DNA of 64,000 nt, from the NCBI RefSeq assembly GCF_009914755.1, contig NC_060926.1; one strand, given 5' to 3'. Below, one piece after another: positions 55,190 through 64,000 of the stretch. The first letter of the stretch is position 1. Each line of letters starts with the position of its first letter. The stretch comes from the human T2T-CHM13v2.0 reference genome, Homo sapiens. Both the position numbers and the translations under genes were made by a program. The notes under the pieces were generated by a model, which was not told the DNA's origin, did no database searches, and saw only the letters and a program-made list of their open reading frames with translations.

Positions 55190-55400
55190 GAGACTGTGCA
55201 TTTGGTGGAAAGAGTATGGAATTTGAAACTGTGTAGTTGTGGTTTCCAAGGGTGGCTTTATCTCTTACTAGTTGTACAGACTTAGGCAAGTCACTGAAAT
55301 TTACTGAGCACCAGTTTCCTCATCTGGGAAATGGAGATAACTGTCTACCTGAGAGATGAAGTATTCAACAGCTTGGCATCATGCCTGGGGCTTGGTAGAT
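55190..55400 (+). mobile_element. MIR
   Basis: GACTTAGGCAAGTCACTGAAA...CAGTTTCCTCATCTGGGAAATGGAGATAA. Confidence 0.8.
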
Positions 55401-55562
55401 AATTCCTTCCCATCAGGCCCACCCCAGAGTTATGGGGTAGAGTCAAAGAGATGGACCCGAACTCCCTCCCTGTGTGGAGGAGCTGCTGTCCTCCAGGGGC
55501 GGTCAGTCAACAGGGACTGGCTTTCAATCCAATTCAGTCTAGCAGTGGAAGCTGGACTTGTA

Positions 55563-55815
55563 AGATAACAGCAATTAACATGAAGGCACCTACTATGTGC
55601 TGTGTTCAGACCTGACACACATTAACTCATTCAACGTTCACAGTAATCCTGCGAAGCAGGTCCTCTTATTATCCTTGTTTTACATGTAGAGGAACAGAAT
55701 CTCAGAGCCGTAACAACTGGCTCAAGTCCACATGATCAGTAAGCAGAAGGGCTCAGCATCCAACTCAGACAGGCTGCCTCCAGAGACCAAGCTCATAACT
55801 ACAATACTAACTGTC
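55563..55815 (-). mobile_element. MIR
   Basis: GCACCTACTATGTGC...TTTTACATGTAGAGGAAC...GCTCAAGTCCACA. Confidence 0.8.
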
Positions 55816-56780
55816 TCTGCTAAAATAATCTCTAAAACAATCTCAGACTTCAATTATCATTGCAGAATGCATTACATTCCAGGGTGATCACCTGCTACAC
55901 ATAACAGATCTTGACCCTTCACCCAACTGTTCAGGACATGTAGTAGGTCCTGCCCTCTGACCTCTCTTTCCAGCATGTACCCAGGGAATATATGCCTTGT
56001 TGCTGAAGCTGCAGGATGAAGGCGGTCCCACACTTCAATTTGGCTAGAAGACAGTTCTAAAAAATGAGGGAATGGCATAGCTTGGATTCACAAGTGTTTT
56101 TTTTTTTTCTTCTTCTTTTTAATGCTATGCAGTTTTCCTCTCCAAATCTTGCACCAAGAGCTGTAATTATAAGATGATCATCATCATCCAAAAAAAAAAA
56201 AAAAAAAAAAGAATAGAAGGTACTACACCTACAAACATTTAATTGTCCATGTAAATTAAGAGTTGTGAAATGACTTCAATGACTTCTACCTCTGCCTGGT
56301 GCACATTTCCCTACGTATATTTTCAAGAGAGAAGTTGAATGCCCTCCATAGAGAAATTCTCCTCTAATTTTATGAGCTAAAGGGGGAATTAGGGTGTGTT
56401 TTTCTCAGAAGCGATTTGGCTTTCTGCCTCCACCTTCTGCCAGACCCCAATTTCTGAACTTAGCCATGCCCCAGTTCTGATAGTTTGAGGAATGTGACTG
56501 TATGTGTGTGCAAATGTGTGTGTGTCTGTGTGGTTTAAAAAGTAATGATGGGATTCAATATAGAGCTCTTCTAGGTGTGGCATGGCTTTGACCTTGAATC
56601 CCACCTGGCCCTAGTGAACGGGCCTCTCCCTTGATTTGGTTATCTCATACCCTGGATTTGGTTCTGTGGCATGTCCAGTCCTAACCTCAGAGGCTTTGCT
56701 TTTTTACCCTTTAACATGTAGGAGGAAAGGAGTGTGTCACACTCTTTCAACTGAAAGATTAGTGCACTCACAGACCAAAC

Positions 56781-57122
56781 ACAGATTCACAGTCCCTTTA
56801 TTCATAGTTTTAAAATCCAAAAAGCTCTGAAAACTAAAAGCTTTCTTGTAACTCATACCTGACCTGAACATATTTGGCAGGAAAACCTGATGTGAACTTC
56901 AGCTGTTTATGGTCCTTATTCCTTCTGGTTGGTATAGTATTCATATATTTTGCTGCATGAATATTAATTTATTTGATTATATGGGCTGCTCTCCCAGCCC
57001 CTGTGAGCCTGTTACATAATATATTGCATACACACCATATTACTTTTTTTAAATCTAAAAATATTCTGGATTTCATAATACATCTGGCCGCAAGTATTTT
57101 GGATAAGGGATGAAGGACCTGT
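56781..57122. mobile_element. Tigger-family MITE (MER46C-like), adjoining a MIR
   Basis: Degenerate TIRs ACAGATTCACAGTCCCTT ... GATAAGGGATGAAGGACCTGT; internal ACATCTGGCC..AAG.ATTTTGGATAAGGG. Confidence 0.65.
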
Positions 57123-57402
57123 GATCTCATTTAATCCTTGCCAACTGTCTTGTGAAATAGCCATTATATCCATAGTAAGATAAGAAAACTGATATTAGGA
57201 AGACTGGTTAATTTGTCCAGGGTCACAGAACGATTATGAGGAAGATTCAGGATTAAATATGTGCTTTTCAGATTTCAAAATGCATACCTTGCCCACCCTC
57301 TACATGGTTGGTCTTCCTAGCTTTTTTAGGCAGGTAAGCCCTGGGCGTGAATAAGAAGGCAAGATGGAAACAGGACCATGAGCAAGAACATGGGCCTGCC
57401 TT

Positions 57403-57575
57403 AGAACCTTGCTGCTCAGAGAGGGGTCCATGGACCAACAGAGTTGTCTGAGAGCATTTTGTTAAAAACACAGAATCTTGGGGCACATTCAGGACCTACT
57501 GAAACAGAATGTGCATTTTATCCAACATCCCCCGCTTCCAGGATTTCATTTGCACATTCAAATGTGAGGAGTCTT
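57403..57575. mobile_element. MER5A
   Basis: GGTCCATGGACCAACAG...GACCTACTGAAACAGAAT.TGCATTTTA...TGCACATTCAAATGTGAG. Confidence 0.75.
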
Positions 57576-57981
57576 TGGCTAGATGTTTGGAGGAAGAAGA
57601 GAACCCATGCATGTTATTCTAAAAAGGGCTCCAAATGCCAGAGTTGTCATCTTTTGTCAGGATCATGCTAGAGGGCAGAGACTCTGCTGGAAGCAAATTT
57701 GGAGGGAGTGGAAGGTAATGGTTCCCAGTCCAGCAATGGTTACCAAAGAGAGCTATGTGCCCATGAAGAGAACATCATTGTACATTTGATCTGAGAGAAT
57801 AACCCATTGCCTCAACTACTGATTTCCCAAACTAGTGTTATTTTTCTGTTTATCAAAGCACATCCTATAAATGTACATTTATCTTTGGGAAAACTCTGGT
57901 AACTGTCCTACTAAAAAATGTATCAAATCAATCAAAATCATAGTGATTAATTATGCGTTCATTAATGGTATGGCCCCAGAG

Positions 57982-58218
57982 TAGGGTTTCTCCAGTTTCA
58001 CCATTGGCATTATGGACTGGATAAGTCTTGATTGTGGGGGCTGTCCTGTGTAACGTGGGATGTTTAGCAGCATCGGTAGCCTCTACCTTCTAAATGCCAG
58101 TAGCAACCCCCACTCCCAGCCATGAAAATAAGAAATGTTTCCAGCCATTGCCAAATGTCACTGGAGAGGAGGAGGGGGTTGGAGGAAGGAGGATATCACT
58201 CTCAGTTGAGAACCACTG
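57982..58218. mobile_element. MER20 (hAT-Charlie)
   Basis: GGGGCTGTCCTGTG...GGATGTTTAGCAGCATC...GCCAGTAGCA...CATTGCCAAATGTC...GTTGAGAACCACTG. Confidence 0.9.
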
Positions 58219-60585
58219 CTCTAGAACTTTTTTGAATTCACTCTTTTCTACCTGGTAGTTCCTAAAGCTCAAGACGTGACTTCCTGATCATCGTCCAAGT
58301 AATCAACACTTAGCTGTTATTAAGCGGGATTCTTCAGACAGAAGGTTTTTGCATGAATGGACAATAGACAATACACAATACACATATCTGGTATGGTGAT
58401 TGGATTGAGGACAGTGCCTTTGAGAAGAATCCTTGTCACGTGGATATCAATTCTCTTAGCCAACTGTATTCGGGAGTTGTTTATGAGCTGTGAAACTCAA
58501 TCTGCTTGCTTTGGAGTTCTTGCCTATTTGGATGTGCAGAGTTATTTTTTAATGATAAATTTTACGTTTGTTGAAATGTATGAGGCATGAAGCTGGGGCT
58601 GAAAGTCAGGCTCCTGGAATACAACTCCCAATGAAAAGCAGGAGGCAAGGCTGCCCACACTTTACAGGATGCAGAGGAGGCAGCCTGAACATCCAGTGAT
58701 GGGACACAGCTGAAGCATGTGGGTTCTGTCTTCTGCCTGGGCACAGTGATTCTGGCTAATAAAGATTGTGCATGGTTGGCAGCTCTTAAATGTCTACTGG
58801 TAAAGTCCCTGGGAAAATATGTTCTTTATTTCCCTTCAGAGACTATAAAATGAAAAAGGCAAGATTCTAAAGAACCCCCAAAGCTATTATTTCTGGGGGG
58901 AAACATTTTCCTGCCACTTCGACAGTTCCTGTAAAACCAATAGTACTAGCTAGAGGTGGCATGAAGAGGAACAGTAGCGGGGCTAAGACATTAGCAGCAG
59001 ATCATCAATTTACACATTGAGGGCATCAGCAACAATGGTGGAAAAGAAATCTCTAAGACAAATCCATTAGGAATCACTGTGCCTATAGAGACCCTATAAT
59101 CACACTGGATGGGATCATCAACTCAAATGCAATTCTGATTGTTCTCTGCAAAATGAGTGTCTCACTCTTCCAGATTCCTACTTAAATCAGGGCAGGTTAA
59201 CTTGGGTGACATATGCAAGGACATGTAACCAGTACCCTGACCTTCCTTCTTAAGGAGGAAAGAAAACGCCATTGCTTCTCCCATGGAACTCAGTCTAAGG
59301 AGCTCATATGCTGTATAACTGTGATCCAAGTGATGCCAAGCACATAGCTCATGTATAACCAGTTAGCTGTGTGGATGCTACAGTACTGATCAGAAGTTTG
59401 GGGGATGCTGTGATGCTCCTATCAGCTCATCCCTTCTCTTTCTTCTCTTTACTGTCTGCTTAGTTGCATATTACTTTGCACTGTGTGGATTTGCTTCCCT
59501 CTTGCCCCGATCACTAGGCAGAGTTATACCGTTTGTGTTTCCTTCATCCTGGGTTCTCTATTTCTCTTTAGGTTGAACTTGCCTTTCATAGCCACTCCTT
59601 CCACTGCCACCCAGAGAAGGTCTCAGGCTGCCCAGCCTGGTCCAGGGCATTGCTACTCAGAGCGTGGTTGATGGGTCTGCTTGTTACAGAAATTAATACA
59701 GAAATTAAGAATAAGCTGTTTGAAACTTTTAATAGCAAACTGACAGAGCAATTTTATAATCTAATACTAATATTAATCTAATATATTAATATAAATCTAA
59801 TATAATAATACAAATCTGACTGTCGTATTTCATTTCATTTATTTATCTTTCTTTTGGTAATTCATTTGCAATATATTTTTCAAATTTTGGTCTTCTAAGG
59901 ATTAAGGACAAACAAACTTGCTCTCTCTACATGTGGTTTGAGAAGCATGGGTCTGGGGACCCCATCTAGTTGCCAGACCAAAATGACTTCATCCTTCGTC
60001 CCGCATCTTATCTCTCTAGTCATTTCCTAGGACCTTGGCCACAGAATGACTGAAGCCACTGTTCAGAGGGGCTAGCCTCACCAATCCCTCATAGTAAATG
60101 CAGTATGTTTTAGATTAGTGCTGCTCAGGTTCTGTAATGAGGCTGAGCTTATTACCCTTGTGGTGAAAGATGAAGGGAACCATCTTCTTAGAATAGGAAG
60201 GGAAGAGAGTTCATTCTTTTTGATCTGCTTTATTGCTATCCATTCCCACCAGCAGAAGAGCTGCTGAACCAATCCTGCACTTTTGCAAGGAGGAACCGTC
60301 ATAGATATTTATCCATTTCCTAGTCTTTGCTCACCATGGGGAAGTTACAGCTGCACTTAATGAGGTACCTCACAGACCAGCAGATCTCATGGAATGGAAA
60401 TGGCAAAAAGAATATAAATATGCAAATGTGAACACTCTGAATTGTCAGATTACACATCAAAATGAGGATTTTGTGTAAATGTTGAAGTTTTTGTGAAAAA
60501 TAAACACAAGGAAAAATTGATAATATGAAAAATAAACATATTCAAAACTTTTTAATAGAATTTTCAGTATAACACCTATCAAGAT

Positions 60586-60837
60586 ACTTTGGGAGGCTGA
60601 GAGGGGAGGATTGCTTGATGCCAGGAATTCAAGACCAGTCTGGACAACATAGCAAGACCTCATCTCTACAAAAAATTTAAAAATTAGCTGGGCATGGGGG
60701 CACAGCTGTGGTCTGAGCTACTTTGGAGGCTGAGGTGGGAGGATCACTTGAGCCCAGGAATTTGAGGTTACAGTGAGCTGTGATTGTGTCACTGCACTCC
60801 AGCTTGTGCAACAGAGTGACACTCCTAAAAAAAAAAA
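60586..60837 (+). mobile_element. 5'-truncated AluJ
   Basis: GGATTGCTTGA.GCCAGGAATTCAAG and GGATCACTTGAGCCCAGGA. TSD AAGATACTTT at 60581-60590 and 60838-60847. Confidence 0.93.
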
Positions 60838-60894
60838 AAGATACTTTTTGAAGGAACTCCCTAGGAAGATCCTGTCTGGGTGGAATAAGAGAAA

Positions 60895-61100
60895 CAGCAG
60901 GGGTTTAGAAGTGACTGCTTGACACTCCCTGTCCAGGTGAACATGGAAAAGTCACATTATTTATGTCTCTATTTACTCATCTGTGAAATGGGGATTCTAA
61001 TGCTCTCTACTTCATGGTTGATGCGAGGATTAAATAAGTTAATACAAATATGTAAATCACTTAAAACAGTGCTCATACTTAAGGCGGGCATGTTAATTAC
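60895..61100 (+). mobile_element. MIR
   Basis: CTCATCTGTGAAATGGGGAT...GAGGATTAAATAAGTTAATA. Confidence 0.75.
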
Positions 61101-61352
61101 ATGCTGAGCTTCAATTATCCGATCTGTAAAGTGAAGAAAATGAGACTCTTGAACTCAAGGGTTATCCTTGAAGAACACCTGATACAGTCCAGCTACAGTT
61201 TTCATTTCTCCAAATAATTCTGAAGGGTCTCGGGGTGCTGTGGATTTGCCTGATTTCTCTATGATTCGCTCCTCAGGTTCAGCCGGCAAGTGCAATCAAA
61301 TTGCTTTCATCTTTCCAAAGTGATTTAAAACCAATGGAGGTTCCTAATAAGC

Positions 61353-61850
61353 CCATTCATTCCATCATTTATTCAACGGGTACTTCGAAGGCTTACCCTG
61401 TGCCAGCCACTGTTCTAGATGCCTGAGATTTATTAGTGAGCAAACAAAGATTCCTACCTCCAGGGAGCATGCATTCTGGGGGAAGGGGGTGATCAGATCA
61501 GAAATGGAACCCAATTTATAATTACATTTTTTAGCATGTTAGAAAGTGGTAAGCTCTGTGTTAAAAAGAAAGGGTAGACCTGGGTAAGAGGGTAGGAATG
61601 AAATGCAGAGGGTAGGGGAATGAGGCAGTTGCTGCAGGTATTTAATAGGGTCCTCAGGGTGGGCCATGTGTGGAAGGTGTGATGGAAACGAACTCTTGAA
61701 GGAGGTGGGGAATTAGCAAGTGCAGTCTTGTGGAAAGCACTCCCAACAGGAGAAACAGCAGAGCAAAGGCCTTGAGGCGGAAGCACATCTGTTGTGTTCA
61801 AGGGACAGTGAGGAGACCAATTTGACTGCAGTGGAGTGGGTGGCTGAGGT
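61353..61850 (-). mobile_element. L2a 3' end
   Basis: CATTCATTCCATCATTTATTCAAC...TGTGCCAGCCACTGTTCTAGATGC...AGCAAAGGCCTTGAGG. Confidence 0.8.
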
Positions 61851-62402
61851 GAATTATCTAAAACCCAACACCAGGCTCTCTAGCGCTCTTCCTCCCCTGG
61901 ATTCTCCATAAACTCTGGGGCTCCTGGAGTCCTGATGAAACTTCTCCCACAGGCAGCAACCTGTTGTGTGACATTTTGGTGAGGCCCTTCCTGCCCTCTG
62001 CAATTTAATGATCCTGTGCTGTTCTAGAGCTGTGCAGATAAAGCCGCTGGTTCAGGCAACATCAATGGCTGTCTCACTGTCTCCTGTTGAAGCTGGAAAA
62101 TTCCTGTTACTCTAAGTCTAGCTTGGCCTCTCAAGTAGCCTCTTCACAAAGAGCCAGACAGGATGTAGACTCCTGTCCTTGCAGAATCCAGAGCCATACT
62201 GCTTTCTCTAGTCTTGGGGGTACACACCCTTGTTGGCAAGCTTTTCTTTGCCATCCTTGAAAGATGAAGGATCCTGCACCTCCATTTCTCAGACAAGCTC
62301 CACTGCTTCCATGAGCCTAGGCCAGGAGTTCCAGATTGATAGCTGGTGTTACTTGCCAAGATATTTTGTTTGTGAGGCAGAATATTACTGAAAATAAGAA
62401 AA

Positions 62403-62685
62403 GGTTGGCTGAAGATATAAAATTTCAGTTAGACTGGAGGAATAAGATCAGGAGATCTATTGTACCACATGGTGACTACAGTTAATAACTATGTATTGCA
62501 TGCTAGAAACTTGCTAAGAGAGTAGATTTTAAGTGTTCTTACTACAAAAAAATAAGTATTTGAGGTAATGAATATGTTAATTAGCTTCCTTTAGCTATTT
62601 CAGAATGTATACATATTTCCAAACATCATGTTGTACATAATAAATATATACTTTTTTTTTGTCAATTGAAAAAATACATTTAAAA
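62403..62685 (+). mobile_element. L1MA (MA8/9-like) 3' end
   Basis: AAAATTTCAGTTAGACTGGAGGAATAAG...CTTGCTAAGAGAGTAGATTTTAAGTGTTCT...TTTGTCAATT. Confidence 0.88.
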
Positions 62686-63034
62686 CATCTTTTTGGAAAA
62701 GGATTTGATGGTGGTTGACGGGCAAGCACTCCTCCTCCTGGGGCAGGCAGGCCTGCGAGGCACTATTCTTGGCTATGGACAGTCGCAGGTCCGGAATCAT
62801 GAGAGGCTGCCCACTTTCCCATGGGGGCTGGGGTGCGATATCTCACAGATTGTTCAACTCTCCCTGGAGGCTCTCACTCATGTCTTTTACCGAAATAAAA
62901 TACAATGATTAAATGAAATAAAACACAAGATACACGGCTGGTGGATGGCCCTGTCTTATTTTAAATTATGGCCTTTTTCTCTGTAGAAGAGGGCTGTGGA
63001 TCATGAGGATCCCACGGAAGTCTCCTCCTGCAGC

Positions 63035-63170
63035 ACCACCATTTTACGGTTGGGGACTTTGAAACACAGAGAGATCAGCTGGCTTGCCCATGGTCCCTCA
63101 GTTGGTGGCCAAGCTGGGACCAGAGTCAAAGCCTCCTGCCTTCCAGCCCAGAACTCATTTCAGAATATTG
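63035..63170 (-). mobile_element. MIR fragment
   Basis: CCATTTTACGGTTGGGGACTTTGAAACACAGAGAG...CTTGCCCATGGTC. Confidence 0.65.
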
Positions 63171-64000
63171 CAACTCCAAGACTCACTTTTTACCTCAAGA
63201 ATTTTACTGCTAATTTGTTTTTCTTCTTATCCCATTAGCAGATGTAGTTTTTCCCCTCCAGTTTTCCTGTCAACTCAAGGCCAAATAGTTCCTTCCACAT
63301 TCAAAATAAGTCACATATTTGCTACTATATATGAGGTCCTGTGCAAGAGCTTGGGGAACATTAAGGGTGAATAAGAGAGAAATCTAAATTCTCAAGACAT
63401 ACACATTTTAGTGGGAGAGACATGAATAATACACATAAACATACAGCAACGTGCTGGGGAGAATGCTAGGAAATGTTCAGTTTGTAAGTTCAAGGATAGG
63501 AAAATTTTGCTAAAAGAGAAGGGAGAGAGAAAAGTGAGCTGGTAGCAGGCCAAGCCAGGTTTTCATCTAACAGATCCACTTATGACTAAAAAGCTCTGTT
63601 TGGAGGCTCCTCTTGTCATTAGAAATTATCAACACTCTTGGTTTCCATGTTGGTGGGAAAAGCTGTGGCTGTCACAGAAATAGGGTGTGGATATTTTAAA
63701 ACAACAGCTTGAAAAAAGTGTCTCTGTTTTCCATGCAATCACCATTTTGGGCTCTGAACAGGAGCCCCACATTGCCTGTAAGTTCATCTTTCTCCTTGAA
63801 GTTACTCTTCATAAATTTTCTGAAAGCCTCCTCTTTTGAATATATGAGGTGTCTATCAAGGCAGCACAGACAGGACCACTTGAATTTGCAACATAGAACA
63901 GAACAAACAAAAAGTTCTGTTTCAGATTAACTAGAAAATTTATTCAGTGGAATATTTATGCTTTACATAAAATGTAATATTCTAACACACATGGTCCTAC

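Noticed and set aside
55190-55815. Inverted MIR pair as a dsRNA-forming structure
   Set aside because: Both copies are too diverged from each other for a stable duplex to be supported by eye.
56189-56210. Orphan poly(A) as the tail of a processed pseudogene
   Set aside because: No TSD, no upstream poly(A) signal and no recognisable mRNA body.

Overview
This is primate (human-like) non-coding genomic DNA, identified by Alu, L1PA, MLT2A/HERVL, MaLR, MIR, L2 and MER elements. I find no credible host protein-coding exon, RNA gene or CRISPR array. The only recognisable protein matches in the ORF track are broken L1 ORF1/ORF2 pieces; the rest are low-complexity or chance ORFs. The largest element is a both-ends-intact L1PA7-like LINE-1 (10981-16497, minus strand, TSD-flanked). 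It has lost its reverse-transcriptase core through a deletion joined at a 10-bp microhomology. Other highlights: (1) a nested MER21/MaLR LTR cluster at ~47.8-48.8 kb carrying a 7x26-bp VNTR, each unit containing the SV40 GT-IIC/TEAD-type sequence CTGTGGAATG, ~260 bp from a perfect DUX4-type site; (2) two MLT2A solo LTRs, one inserted into an AluJ; (3) a monomeric Alu inserted against a 30-bp palindrome; (4) a ~350-bp polypyrimidine tract grown from an Alu tail; (5) a CpG-enriched unique patch at ~40.3-41.1 kb; (6) weak hints of a + strand spliced non-coding transcript. I see no evidence for a novel multi-gene system; the best candidates are TE-derived regulatory modules. Subfamily names come from recalled consensus sequences, and boundaries of old repeats are approximate.
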